From NCBI GenBank assembly GCA_049509455.1, contig JBEKZX010000008.1, positions 1 to 47,770 of the forward strand: a stretch of 47,770 nucleotides of DNA, read 5' to 3'. Positions 1 to 9,373 of the stretch are shown piece by piece; the first letter of the stretch is position 1, and each line of letters starts with the position of its first letter. The stretch comes from Conexivisphaerales archaeon. GTDB taxonomy: Archaea > Thermoproteota > Nitrososphaeria > Conexivisphaerales > DTJL01. Position numbers and translations under genes: made by a program. The notes under the pieces are model-generated. The model was not told the origin of the DNA. It was given only the letters and a program-made list of their open reading frames with translations, and made no database searches.

Positions 1-623
1 CGGACCAGTTGATGGGAGCATGCCCTGGAAATCCCCTCCACCTCCACGGTGGCGAAAGAATGCTTCATCAGCTGCCTCGGGGAGACATCCCTTCCGACTA
101 GCTCCAAGACCTTGGCCTGGTCGAGCTGCTGAACAATGATCGTCCGAAAGCCCGCATCGGAGGCTCCCGCGCTGGCTGGCTTCTCCCCGTTGAAACTCCT
201 TTCCCCCGAGTCGGACTCCAAGGAAGCGGCGACCGTGGGGGATATGTCTCGGATGAACCCCGACAGGGCGTGGCAGTCTCTCCCGTCACAGCCGAGCTTT
301 CTGCCCATCTCCGTAAGCGTGCGGAGGTTCGCGCTGACGAGGTAGGACCCGTCGCCGATGCTGCTGAAGGCCAACTGAGGGTGAGCCTCCGTCAGGGAGA
401 GCATCTCTTTTGGCTCGCCGTCGACCTTGAATAGCGCTCGGACGTGCTCATAGACGTCGAATTCTAGGCGCCTAAAAGCGCTCTGAGTGAGGTAGGCACA
501 ATAGCCCTCTATCGAAACGTCCTTCTCCAGCTCCTCCCAGACCTTGGTAGTGTAGCATCTTCGCATTGCGAGACCGATGAGTTTCTCCGGGTCATGGCTT
601 GACCACAACAGTCTTGCCTTCAG
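1..623 (-). CDS. thyX: Flavin-dependent thymidylate synthase (ThyX), 3' end truncated by window edge; apparently a degenerate N-terminal ThyX module followed by a second module
   Basis: My own translation (not in ORF track): (M)KARLLWSSHDPEKLIGLAMRRCY...VYEH...HSFATVEVEGISRACSHQLVR at the edge, matching ThyX H.f.T..veGiSRa.shqlvRH. Frame is open from TAG at 663-665 to base 1. Best start is CTG at 623 (alternative TTG 5 codons later). Confidence 0.7.
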   Translation of the reverse strand, partial: MKARLLWSSHDPEKLIGLAMRRCYTTKVWEELEKDVSIEGYCAYLTQSAFRRLEFDVYEHVRALFKVDGEPKEMLSLTEAHPQLAFSSIGDGSYLVSANLRTLTEMGRKLGCDGRDCHALSGFIRDISPTVAASLESDSGERSFNGEKPASAGASDAGFRTIIVQQLDQAKVLELVGRDVSPRQLMKHSFATVEVEGISRACSHQLV

Positions 624-688
624 CTTCCCCCGCAGCTCCTGTTCAAGTCGGGAAGCGGCGCCCTAGAAAAACTCTATGACGTCCGCCT

Positions 689-1258
689 TCAGGCGAAGAA
701 GAGATAGATGAACCAAGCCCCGTAGGCCAGGAGGACTGCTGCCGAGGCGAACCTGACGACCTCCAGGATCCTCCCTCCGAAGGCTACAACGCCCCTATGG
801 ACTGCCTGTGGGAATGCGGTGATCCAAAGGAGGATCCCGACGAAGAAGCTCCCTACGACCGTGAATCCGAATGAGGTCACTAACGTCAGGCCGGCCGTCA
901 GCCACCAGGCTATCTGGAAGGGGTTGGTGAGCCCCATGGTGAGGCCGGTGAAGTACTGAACGTGCCCTGGTCTCCCAATCGAAGGCCGGGCCCTCAGCAC
1001 GAATATCGCCAGCAGGATGAAGACGACGCCGCCTGTCAGCGTAAGGGGCCTTCTGGCCCACGACGGGAGCCACGTCCCTAGGGTCAAGGTGAGCAACATG
1101 AAGAAGGCGTCAGCCGTCAGCGCTCCGAGGCCCACCAGCGTACCTTTGGCCGCCCTCTCCGCTCCTTCGGTGGCGATCATGGCGTTAACGGGACCGGGCG
1201 GCAGTGCGAGCGACAGCCCTAACGAGAGACCCAGGGCGACGGACTGCAGCAGCTGCAA
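689..1258 (-). CDS. LysE-family translocator (amino acid exporter)
   Basis: 189 aa, hydrophobic; LysE motifs PPGPVNAMI, GLGALTADAFF and GLTNPFQIAWW; TATA-like CATAAATATC upstream (1281-1290). Confidence 0.8.
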   Translation of the reverse strand: MQLLQSVALGLSLGLSLALPPGPVNAMIATEGAERAAKGTLVGLGALTADAFFMLLTLTLGTWLPSWARRPLTLTGGVVFILLAIFVLRARPSIGRPGHVQYFTGLTMGLTNPFQIAWWLTAGLTLVTSFGFTVVGSFFVGILLWITAFPQAVHRGVVAFGGRILEVVRFASAAVLLAYGAWFIYLFFA

Positions 1259-1312
1259 ACGAGCCCACCACCTGCCGTGCGATATTTATGCTTTGAAGCA
1301 TGGGTTGTGGGT

Positions 1313-1372
1313 TGGCTCAGCACTGATGTCATTCATCATGGTTCAGAAATACCAGCTCGCTTCATCGCCGAG
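1313..1372 (-). ncRNA. Box C/D methylation-guide sRNA
   Basis: Minus strand reads GCGATGA (C, 1368-1362) - AGCGAGCTGGTATTT - CTGA (D', 1346-1343) - ACC - ATGATGA (C', 1339-1333) - ATGACATCAGTG - CTGA (D, 1320-1317). Terminal GGC/GCC stem; TATA-like CTATATGG at 1400-1393. Confidence 0.65.
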
Positions 1373-1599
1373 AGGGTAGCATGCGCAGCTTGCCATATAG
1401 CTTCTCCCCTTTCGGCGCCATGTCGGAACCCCTGCCGGGGTGATACTTGGCCGGGACACCATAGGTTCCCCAGGACGCGGAATGGCCACGCAGGGGCTGA
1501 CGGGGGCGATGACCCGGTCCTTGTGAGGTTCAATGCTCGTCGATAACCGTTAAATAGAGTGACAAGAGTGCTTGAAACGACTCGTAGGAAGGGATATAC

Positions 1600-2457
1600 T
1601 TGATGCGCGATTACTACCAGCTGACTAACCCAAACATAGTCTACCTCCTTGCGTTCACGGCCGCGACTTCGGCGCTGGTCGCGGGGGGCATCTCCAAGCC
1701 ACTCGAAGTGGTCGCCATCACCGCCGCCACGGCCCTCTGCTCGGCTGGCGCGCGTTCCGTCACGAACTACATCGATCGGGACATCGACCTGCTGATGCAC
1801 AGGACGCAGAAGAGGCCTCTTCCGAGGAATGCTATCCCTCCCAACAATGCCCTGATATACGGAACCGGCCTCATTGCTTCGGGGCTGCTCCTATCGTTTC
1901 CGATGGGAGCGCTGCTGCCTGTCTACCTGACACTTGGCCTGATCGACAACATCGTCGTCTACAACCTGCTCACCAAGAGGAAGACGGCATGGAACATCAT
2001 CTTGGGCGCACCGAGTGGTGGAATCCCAGCCTTCGTCGGCTACGTCGCGATCCGCGGATACGTGGACTGGACGGCCGTGGTGTTGGCTGCTCTAGTCGTC
2101 CTATGGACCCCTGTGCATATATGGAGCTTGGCGGTCAGGTTCAAGGACGACTACGGAAGGGCGGACATACCAATGCTGCCCGTTTCGCTCGGGGTGAAGA
2201 CCGGGATCAGATGCATAGCCTACACGTCAGTGCTCCTTGCTGCATTCACAGCCATACTTCCCTTCCTGCCTGGGTCGCCCTTTGGGTTGTCCGCTGCCGT
2301 GGTGGGGACCATCCTGAGCTTGGTCTTGGCCGGTATGAGCATATGGCTCATCAGGGAGCCCACCGAGAAGAATGCATGGGACCTCTTTAAGTTCACCAGC
2401 CCCTACCTTGCCCTCCTCTTCAGCGTTCTGGCACTAGGCGTTATCATCGGAATGTAG
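1600..2457 (+). CDS. cyoE: Protoheme IX farnesyltransferase (heme O synthase, CyoE/CtaB, UbiA family)
   Basis: NYIDRDIDLLMHRTQKRPLP, YNLLTKRKT, LWTPVHIWSLA...DDYGRADIPMLP motifs; multiple TM helices. Confidence 0.92.
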   Translation: MMRDYYQLTNPNIVYLLAFTAATSALVAGGISKPLEVVAITAATALCSAGARSVTNYIDRDIDLLMHRTQKRPLPRNAIPPNNALIYGTGLIASGLLLSFPMGALLPVYLTLGLIDNIVVYNLLTKRKTAWNIILGAPSGGIPAFVGYVAIRGYVDWTAVVLAALVVLWTPVHIWSLAVRFKDDYGRADIPMLPVSLGVKTGIRCIAYTSVLLAAFTAILPFLPGSPFGLSAAVVGTILSLVLAGMSIWLIREPTEKNAWDLFKFTSPYLALLFSVLALGVIIGM

Positions 2458-2504
2458 ACATCGAAGCAATCTTGCCGCGAGCCAGCGAGAATCGCCTGTT
2501 GAAT

Positions 2505-3218
2505 CTAGGCAGCCTTGAGCCCTAGGTACAGCTTTGAGAGCTCGGGGTGCGCCAGCAGGTCCTTCGCCGTCCCTTCGAAGGCCTTTTGGCCGGAGACGAG
2601 AAGATATGCTCGGTCCCCAACCTCGAGTGCCCTCCGTGCGTTCTGCTCGACCAAAAGCACCGTGAGTCCTCGCTCCTTCGCCATGAGAGTAACCATTTCG
2701 AGCACCTGGGTGGCCAGCTTCGGCGCGAGGCTGGCGGTGGGCTCGTCGAACATCAATACGCTCGGCTTCCTAATCAGCGCCATTCCCATTGCTAGCATCT
2801 GGCGCTCCCCTCCGCTGAGGTTGGCTGCCTTGGTCTTCATGTAGCCGACCAGCCTCGGGAAGGTCCCATATAGCTCCTTGACTTTCGCCTCCAGCTCGGT
2901 GTTCTTCACCGTAAAGCCAGCGAGCCTAAAGTTCTCCTGCACCGACAGGTTGGTGAAAACATTCTCGGTCTGCGGAAGGTAGGCCACGCCCATCCGAGCG
3001 ATCTGGTGCGATTGCATCCCGCTGAGGGTGGTGGAGTCCACTTTAACGGTACCTTTGTAGATGGCGCAGAGGCCGGAGATCGCCCTCAGGAGAGTGCTCT
3101 TCCCCGAGCCGTTTGGTCCTACTATCACCGTCACTTCGCCAGGCTTCGCTTCGATGGACACATCGGTCAGTATCTGCAGCTTTCCATATCCCGCTGACAG
3201 GTTATCGACGGTGAGCAC
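2505..3218 (-). CDS. livF: Branched-chain amino acid ABC transporter ATP-binding protein (LivF-like)
   Basis: Walker A GPNGSGKST, signature LSGGERQMLAMG, DEPTASLAP, LLVEQNARRAL. Confidence 0.9.
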   Translation of the reverse strand: MLTVDNLSAGYGKLQILTDVSIEAKPGEVTVIVGPNGSGKSTLLRAISGLCAIYKGTVKVDSTTLSGMQSHQIARMGVAYLPQTENVFTNLSVQENFRLAGFTVKNTELEAKVKELYGTFPRLVGYMKTKAANLSGGERQMLAMGMALIRKPSVLMFDEPTASLAPKLATQVLEMVTLMAKERGLTVLLVEQNARRALEVGDRAYLLVSGQKAFEGTAKDLLAHPELSKLYLGLKAA

Positions 3219-3221
3219 AGC

Positions 3222-3980
3222 TTATGCCCCCAGGTATGCCTCAATAACCCTTTTGTCGCTCAGGACTTCTTGAGGCTTTCCAGATGCTATCACCTTCCCG
3301 AAGGCAAGGGCATGAGCGGCATCGACGTATTGTGCGGCGATGTCCAGCCTGTGCTCCACTATCAGGAGGGTGAGCCCGAGCTCATTGCGAAGCTTCACCA
3401 GGTCTGCGAATATCTCGTGGGCAAGAGTTGGATTCACGCCGGACACCGGCTCATCGAGGAGGAGGAGATTTGCACCGCTCATGAGAGCTCGGCCGATTTC
3501 CAGGAGCTTCATCTGGCCCCCACTAAGGGCAAATGCCTGCTTGTCCCAATGGTCTGAAAGGTTAAGGAGCTTCAGCAGGCCGGCCGCCTTTGTAATCGAC
3601 GCCGACTCTTCGGCTTCCCAGAATTTCCGGAGCATAGATCTCCCGAAACCCTCTCCTGGATTACCGCGGTCCGCCACAAGGAGGTTCTCTAGGACCGTGA
3701 GCTTGAAGAATATCGAGGGCACCTGAAAGGTCCTCGCAAGGCCCGCCCCGTACACCCTATGGGGCGCCCAGCCTGTGATGTCCTTTTCCCCAAATATCAC
3801 TGTCCCCTGGTCAGGCTTGTAGAACCCCGAGACGGTGTTGATCAGGGTGGTCTTCCCTGACCCGTTAGGGCCGATTAGGATCGTCAGTTTGCCCTTCTCC
3901 ACCGTCAGGGAGACCCCGTCTAAGGCCTTCAGTCCGCCAAAGGACTTCCCCAAGTCCTTGACTTCGAGGAGGCTCGACAT
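3222..3980 (-). CDS. livG: Branched-chain amino acid ABC transporter ATP-binding protein (LivG-like)
   Basis: GPNGSGKTT, GLARTFQ, LSGGQMKLLEIGRAL, DEPVSGVNP; ATG at 3980 preferred over GTG at 3989. Confidence 0.9.
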   Translation of the reverse strand: MSSLLEVKDLGKSFGGLKALDGVSLTVEKGKLTILIGPNGSGKTTLINTVSGFYKPDQGTVIFGEKDITGWAPHRVYGAGLARTFQVPSIFFKLTVLENLLVADRGNPGEGFGRSMLRKFWEAEESASITKAAGLLKLLNLSDHWDKQAFALSGGQMKLLEIGRALMSGANLLLLDEPVSGVNPTLAHEIFADLVKLRNELGLTLLIVEHRLDIAAQYVDAAHALAFGKVIASGKPQEVLSDKRVIEAYLGA

Positions 3981-4014
3981 TTTAATCACAAAAAGAAGTC
4001 TTTGTCCATTGCGC

Positions 4015-5313
4015 TTACGGGGTTGTTCCGTTGACGAAGTTGACTACGTTGGTCTGGTAATTCCAGGTACCGATGAGGTTCCAAGTTGCTGTCCCGTTCG
4101 GCAGCGCCTGTACGCCCCAAACGTCGTAGTTCGCGATCGTCTTGTCTCCGGCTGCATCGAGGTTGGGGTATCCGGACGGACCATAGTAGTGGGCAGCGAT
4201 ATTCAGTATCTCTTCCTGGATCTTCTGGCCGTTCGTGGAGCCCGCTGCGATGATTGAGAGGGCAGCTATCCACGTGCAGTCATAGGCGGCGGCAGCGTAG
4301 GACTGGATGCTAATGCCGGAAACGGCCTCGAACTTCTGGACGAACGCGTCGTAGAGGGTGCTACCTCCTGGTGAATAGAGGGTTGAGTACAGATCGACCT
4401 TTAGCGCTTCCGACGCGGCGGTCGTTACGAATGGGTCAAGTTGAGCTTCACCGTCGCACCCGAACCACTTCACATTGAGGAGGCTCGAGTAACTAGTCGA
4501 AGCCTGCTGCATGATGACTCCACCTTCGTCGAAGCTTATGAGCTCGACCGCTACGTGCGAAGCTCCGTATTGCGAAACAGCCTGGCTTACGTCGCTTTGA
4601 GCTGTGGCCAGCTGGGTCGAGTAGTCCGTCGCGGTCGTGTCGTAAGGCAGGTCGACCAAGGTCTTCCCTCCGACGGCCTGGAAGTCTGATTCGAAGGCCG
4701 ATGAGAGACCATTTCCGTAGGGGTCGTTCCTGTGGATGACAGCGACTGCCTGGATGCCCATCTGGTTCTGTAAGGCAGCTAGGGCCTGTCCTTGGGCCGC
4801 ATCGTCGGGGATCAGCCGGAAGAGGTAGTCGTTGGGTATGGCGAGGGTGACAGCTGTCGCGGACTCACTCAGGAGTACGAGGTGGTTAGTATCCGCATAG
4901 TTCAGGATTTCAGTTGTTCCGCCGCTCCATTCAGGTCCGACGTAGACAGTCACTCCTTTTGCATTGAGGGCCTGGATGTCTGCCAGCGCGGTGTTGTCGT
5001 CCGTCGCCGTGTCGTCGGTGTCGACTGCGAACTTGTATTTCGCACCTGTGGAATTGAGCCAAGTATTGATGTCGCTGATTGCTAGGTCAACGGCGGCCTT
5101 GTCGCGGGCACCCTGAGAAGCTAGGTCACCTGTAAGGGCGACTAGGTTCCCAATCGTGATCGTGCCGCTCAGTCCGGATGAGGACGAAGTCGAACTCACG
5201 GTCAGCACACCGGCTGCCGCAAGTCCGTACATCCCAACCGCACCTATGACGAGGCCGACGATGAGAAGCGCAACGGCTATGGTTGTCGAAACGGCATGAC
5301 GTCGAAGTGTCAT
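4015..5313 (-). CDS. Membrane-anchored branched-chain amino acid ABC substrate-binding protein (LivK/LivJ-like, type I periplasmic binding fold)
   Basis: N-terminal TM helix, Ser-rich linker, IGNLVALTGDLASQG, DYLFRLIPDDAAQGQALA, YAAAAYDCTW; upstream of livG/livF. Confidence 0.85.
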   Translation of the reverse strand: MTLRRHAVSTTIAVALLIVGLVIGAVGMYGLAAAGVLTVSSTSSSSGLSGTITIGNLVALTGDLASQGARDKAAVDLAISDINTWLNSTGAKYKFAVDTDDTATDDNTALADIQALNAKGVTVYVGPEWSGGTTEILNYADTNHLVLLSESATAVTLAIPNDYLFRLIPDDAAQGQALAALQNQMGIQAVAVIHRNDPYGNGLSSAFESDFQAVGGKTLVDLPYDTTATDYSTQLATAQSDVSQAVSQYGASHVAVELISFDEGGVIMQQASTSYSSLLNVKWFGCDGEAQLDPFVTTAASEALKVDLYSTLYSPGGSTLYDAFVQKFEAVSGISIQSYAAAAYDCTWIAALSIIAAGSTNGQKIQEEILNIAAHYYGPSGYPNLDAAGDKTIANYDVWGVQALPNGTATWNLIGTWNYQTNVVNFVNGTTP

Positions 5314-5337
5314 TAGTTCCGGTACTTATCTTTCGCA

Positions 5338-5445
5338 ATTATATAAACATTAACGAGTACTAAATTATCTCGTTTTGAATATTTTAGATATATTGTCGAC
5401 TAAATTATCCTATTTTGAATACGCTTACGAATAACTATATAAATA
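5338..5445. promoter_or_regulatory. Divergent promoter: two outward-facing TATA boxes flanking two 23-bp direct repeats
   Basis: TTTATATA on minus (about 5340-5347), TATATAAA on plus (about 5436-5443). ACTAAATTATCTCGTTTTGAATA (5359-5381) vs ACTAAATTATCCTATTTTGAATA (5399-5421), 20/23 identical. Confidence 0.7.
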
Positions 5446-5491
5446 AGGATTCTGCTGTTTAGAGGTCGTATCCGGGTCGGTTCGTAGATTA

Positions 5492-6397
5492 ATGGTTGCA
5501 TCTTACTTCATTAGCGCGGCTGTCCTTGCCTCGTTATACTCCCTCTGCTGCATCGGCCTCACATTAACTTACATGACAACAAAGGTGCCGAACTTCGCCT
5601 ATGGATCGCAGGTGACCATCGGCGCATATGTCGCCTTCAGCCTCTTCACCTTCAAGAAGATCACCCCATACGTTTCGGCACCTGCGGCTTTCTTGATTGG
5701 CGGAATCGTGTCTGTCGTGACGTACCTAATCGTGCTTCGCCCAATGATCAAGAGGGATTCATCTCTGATAGCGCTGATGATAGCCACGCTAGCTGTGGAT
5801 ACTTTCTTCGTGGGCGTGTTTAGCATCTATACCGACTACCTGACGAACGCTTTTAGGATCGAAGACAGCAAGCTTTTCATATTGAGCAGCGCCGATACCG
5901 CTCTGTTCGGCCAGCGTGGCGTCTTCGTCATCACGCCCCTGATTTTGATCGCCATCGTCCTTACTATGCACCTCATCCTGACGAAGACCAAGTTCGGGAT
6001 TGCGATGAGGGCGACAGTCGAGAATCCGAAACTCGCCGCCATTTCAGGGGTGAACATTGGGCTCGTATACCTCATTTCGTGGTTCATTGCAGGCGGATTG
6101 GGTTCACTCGCGGGATGCCTCCTGACCCTCAACAACTTGATCGAATATGACATCGGTTCACTGCTTATAGTGGTCTTTTTCGCTGGTAGTGTCATCGGAG
6201 GGTTCGAGAACATCTACGGAGCTGTCTTGGGCGGCGTGATAGTGGGGGCCAGCGGCGTGCTGGTTACCCTAGGTATCGCATATTTCGTGGGACCGTGGTT
6301 CGACGCGTACACTAGCGGCGTTCCGTTGGTGCTGATGGTTATCGTCTTAATCCTGGCGCCCCACGGTCTGACGTCAATTAACCTGAGGAGGCGGTGA
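5492..6397 (+). CDS. livH: Branched-chain amino acid ABC transporter permease (LivH-like)
   Basis: IGLTLTYMTTKVPNFAYG, TKTKFGIAMRATVENPKLAAISGVN, VIGGFENIYGAVLGG. Confidence 0.87.
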   Translation: MVASYFISAAVLASLYSLCCIGLTLTYMTTKVPNFAYGSQVTIGAYVAFSLFTFKKITPYVSAPAAFLIGGIVSVVTYLIVLRPMIKRDSSLIALMIATLAVDTFFVGVFSIYTDYLTNAFRIEDSKLFILSSADTALFGQRGVFVITPLILIAIVLTMHLILTKTKFGIAMRATVENPKLAAISGVNIGLVYLISWFIAGGLGSLAGCLLTLNNLIEYDIGSLLIVVFFAGSVIGGFENIYGAVLGGVIVGASGVLVTLGIAYFVGPWFDAYTSGVPLVLMVIVLILAPHGLTSINLRRR

Positions 6398-7515
6398 GGG
6401 TGGCCATTCTCATATTAGGCGTGGACCCCGTTGTCGTGATCCTCAGCTTCGCGGCTTGGGTCGGCGTGTATCTCCCGATATCGATCACCCTGAACCTCGA
6501 ACTTGGGTACACCGGGATCCCGAACTTCGGTAAGGCTCTCTTCGTTGCCTTGGGGGCGCTAGTTGCGGGAGGACTGATGGCGAGGATTACGTTCTACCTT
6601 CTCGGAGTGCAGGGGAACTTCCTCACCGACACTACGCCCATGACGGCCCAGGTGAACTCCATCCTGTCCAACAACGCGATTCTGTCCATGGGCCTCCTCT
6701 TCATGACTTTGGCGATGGCTGCGGGAATCGGCGCCCTGATGGGATACGTCGCTTCTTATCCTGCCATTAGGCTGAGGGAAGACTATCTAGCGATGACCCT
6801 TCTCGTCATGGCAGAGTTCTTCATCCTCTTTGCGAACAACTACACGCCCCTAGTGACGGGAACGATTGGAATACCTCTGCCCAACGTCTTCGCGTGGGCG
6901 GGGACGTCCTCCATTAATGTAGCCACCCTATTCCTCGTGGTCTTCGCCGTGCTCTGCTACTTCTATTCCGAGAGAGTGGTCAGATCTCCTCTGGGGAGGA
7001 CCTTGCGGGCGATCAGGGACAACGAGAACGCGTCCGAAGCGCTCGGCAAGGACACCGTTTCCTTCCGGAGGAACATACTGATCGTGGCTTCAGCCCTCAC
7101 CGCTATGACAGGTGTCTTTTTCGCGTTCTATCAAGGGTACGTGCAGCCGGCCCAGTACCCCCGTCTCGATTGGACCATCATCCCATGGGTTATGGTGATC
7201 ATGGGTGGGGCTGCTAACAACTTCGGAGTCGCTATGGGGGTAATAATCTACGAAGGGATAATTCAGACGATCCAATATCTGAAGTTCCCGTTGCAGCCCT
7301 ACGTCCCGTTCGACGTTAATTACCTACAGTACATCGTCGTGGGGATACTTGTGGCAAGCATCCTGATCTATAGGCCTGAAGGGATCTTCAAAGAGAAATC
7401 CTCCGCTACCCTAGGGAAGTCGAAGACTGAGGAATTGATGAAGCCATTCCTCCCGACCCCCTTCGCTGAAGCAAAGGGACCCCCTCCGCCAGCCGACAAA
7501 GACGACAAAGGCTAA
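6394..7515 (+). CDS. livM: Branched-chain amino acid ABC transporter permease (LivM-like)
   Basis: LNLELGYTGIPNFG, RLREDYLAMTLL, SPLGRTLRAIRDNENASEALG, YRPEGIF; GTGA overlap with livH. Confidence 0.87.
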   Translation: MRVAILILGVDPVVVILSFAAWVGVYLPISITLNLELGYTGIPNFGKALFVALGALVAGGLMARITFYLLGVQGNFLTDTTPMTAQVNSILSNNAILSMGLLFMTLAMAAGIGALMGYVASYPAIRLREDYLAMTLLVMAEFFILFANNYTPLVTGTIGIPLPNVFAWAGTSSINVATLFLVVFAVLCYFYSERVVRSPLGRTLRAIRDNENASEALGKDTVSFRRNILIVASALTAMTGVFFAFYQGYVQPAQYPRLDWTIIPWVMVIMGGAANNFGVAMGVIIYEGIIQTIQYLKFPLQPYVPFDVNYLQYIVVGILVASILIYRPEGIFKEKSSATLGKSKTEELMKPFLPTPFAEAKGPPPPADKDDKG

Positions 7516-7607
7516 CGAGTGCAGTTACCTTTCGTCAGGCAGGATCCATCTGCCAACACCAAAAGGTATTATACACAGCATCCTCACGACTTTAACGAAG
7601 AATATAC

Positions 7608-9239
7608 ATGACCGAAACGGCAGTACTAGATACGAGCGCCATCATAGATGGTATTTTCTGGCGCTCGCTCGAGAGCGGGGAGATAAGGGACGTGGAAGTC
7701 TGCATCCCCTACGCCGCCCTCGATGAACTACAGGCTCAGGCTTCAAGGAACGTCGATGTGGGGTTCATCGGACTGGCGGAACTTAAGAAGATTCGCCTCT
7801 TCTGCGAATTGAAGGGCTACCGGCTGTATTTCTACGGCCCAAAACCTTCATTCGACGACATCCGGCTGGCGAAAAAGGGAAGGATCGACGGGATGATCAG
7901 GGACGTAGCTCGGGAGGTAAACGGGACCCTCTACACCGCCGACTACGTCCTATATCTCACGGCCGAGGCGGAGGGGATCAAGGTCAAGCACCTTAGACCC
8001 GAAATCAAGACCAAGGGGCTTAAGTTCGAGAGTTTCTTCGACGAAAAGACCCTCAGCCTCCATCTCAAGGAGGGGGTCGTTCCACTGGCCAAGAGGGGAG
8101 GCCCGGGCTCCTGGGAGCTGGTGCAGCTCGGCGACAAGCCGTTGACGCGCGAAGAGCTGGAGGCGATCGAAACTGAGATCCACGAAGCATCGAGGGTTAG
8201 CAGGAACGCGTTCCTGGAGCTAAAGATGAGCGGGGCCAGTGTCATCCAGCTGGGAAGCTTCAGGATCGCAGTGGCTCGGCCGCCGTTCAGCGATGGCCTG
8301 GAGATAACCATCGTGAGGCCCATCGTCAAGCTTACCCTGGAGGACTACAACCTCTCGAAGAAGCTTATGGAGAGGCTCGGCAACAAGGCGGAAGGCGTCA
8401 TCATCGCCGGTCCGCCTGGCTCGGGGAAGAGCACCCTGGCCTCCAGCATCGCTGAATACTACATGAGACAAGGGAAGATCGTCAAGACCTTCGAGTCCCC
8501 TAGGGACCTACAGGTACCACCCGCCATCACTCAGTATGGTCCCCTCGAAGGGGAGTTCGAGAAGACGGCCGAGATACTCCTCCTCGTCAGGCCTGACTTC
8601 ACGATCTACGACGAAGTCCGGAAGACGTCGGACTTCAACGTATTCGCCGACATGAGGCTGGCAGGAGTCGGCATGGTGGGAGTGGTGCACGCCAGCGGCC
8701 CCGTCGACGCGGTGCAACGGTTCATCGGGCGAATGGAGCTCGGCATGATACCGCACATCATCGACACGATCATCTTCGTCAAGGCAGGGAAGATACAGGA
8801 AGTGTTGGATCTCAACCTGGTCGTCAGAACACCCACGGGCATGGTGGAGGAGGACCTGGCCCGGCCCCTCGTGGAGGTGAGGGATTTCGAGACAGGAAGG
8901 CTCACCCATGAGATTTACACCTTCGGCGAGGAGAACGTCATAGTTCCCATAGCGGAGGGAGCGGAGAGGTCCGAGAAGAAGGCCTCCGGAATCGAAAAGC
9001 TCGCCATCGAGAAAATAGCTGCGCGGATGGCGGAGTACGACCCCAATGCCGAGGTGGAGCTCTTGTCCGGAAACAAGGCCGTGGTGAAGGTTGGAAGGGA
9101 GGCGATACCGAGGCTGATTGGCAGGAAGGGCGAGAACATAATGAGCCTTGAAGAGTCCCTCGGGATTAGGATTGATGTCAAGCCACTCACCGGGGAGGAC
9201 CGTACCATAGTGAAGAAAGAGAAGAAGCGTCGCCGTTAA
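7608..9239 (+). CDS. PIN-domain ATPase with C-terminal KH domain (PINA family)
   Basis: PIN motif VLDTSAIIDG, Walker A GPPGSGKST, RPDFTIYDEVR, GVGMVGVVHA, KH motif LIGRKGENI. Confidence 0.87.
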   Translation: MTETAVLDTSAIIDGIFWRSLESGEIRDVEVCIPYAALDELQAQASRNVDVGFIGLAELKKIRLFCELKGYRLYFYGPKPSFDDIRLAKKGRIDGMIRDVAREVNGTLYTADYVLYLTAEAEGIKVKHLRPEIKTKGLKFESFFDEKTLSLHLKEGVVPLAKRGGPGSWELVQLGDKPLTREELEAIETEIHEASRVSRNAFLELKMSGASVIQLGSFRIAVARPPFSDGLEITIVRPIVKLTLEDYNLSKKLMERLGNKAEGVIIAGPPGSGKSTLASSIAEYYMRQGKIVKTFESPRDLQVPPAITQYGPLEGEFEKTAEILLLVRPDFTIYDEVRKTSDFNVFADMRLAGVGMVGVVHASGPVDAVQRFIGRMELGMIPHIIDTIIFVKAGKIQEVLDLNLVVRTPTGMVEEDLARPLVEVRDFETGRLTHEIYTFGEENVIVPIAEGAERSEKKASGIEKLAIEKIAARMAEYDPNAEVELLSGNKAVVKVGREAIPRLIGRKGENIMSLEESLGIRIDVKPLTGEDRTIVKKEKKRRR

Positions 9240-9373
9240 TCGACTAGTCGAACTATTGCCCGTCCCTCCATTCCTCGAAGGGATCGGCCATGATGGCTGA
9301 GTCCGGAGACCATCGACCCTACACTAAGCTTAAAGCGACGGGATATGTGAAGGAGCGTCGCAGGGTCGGGTCG

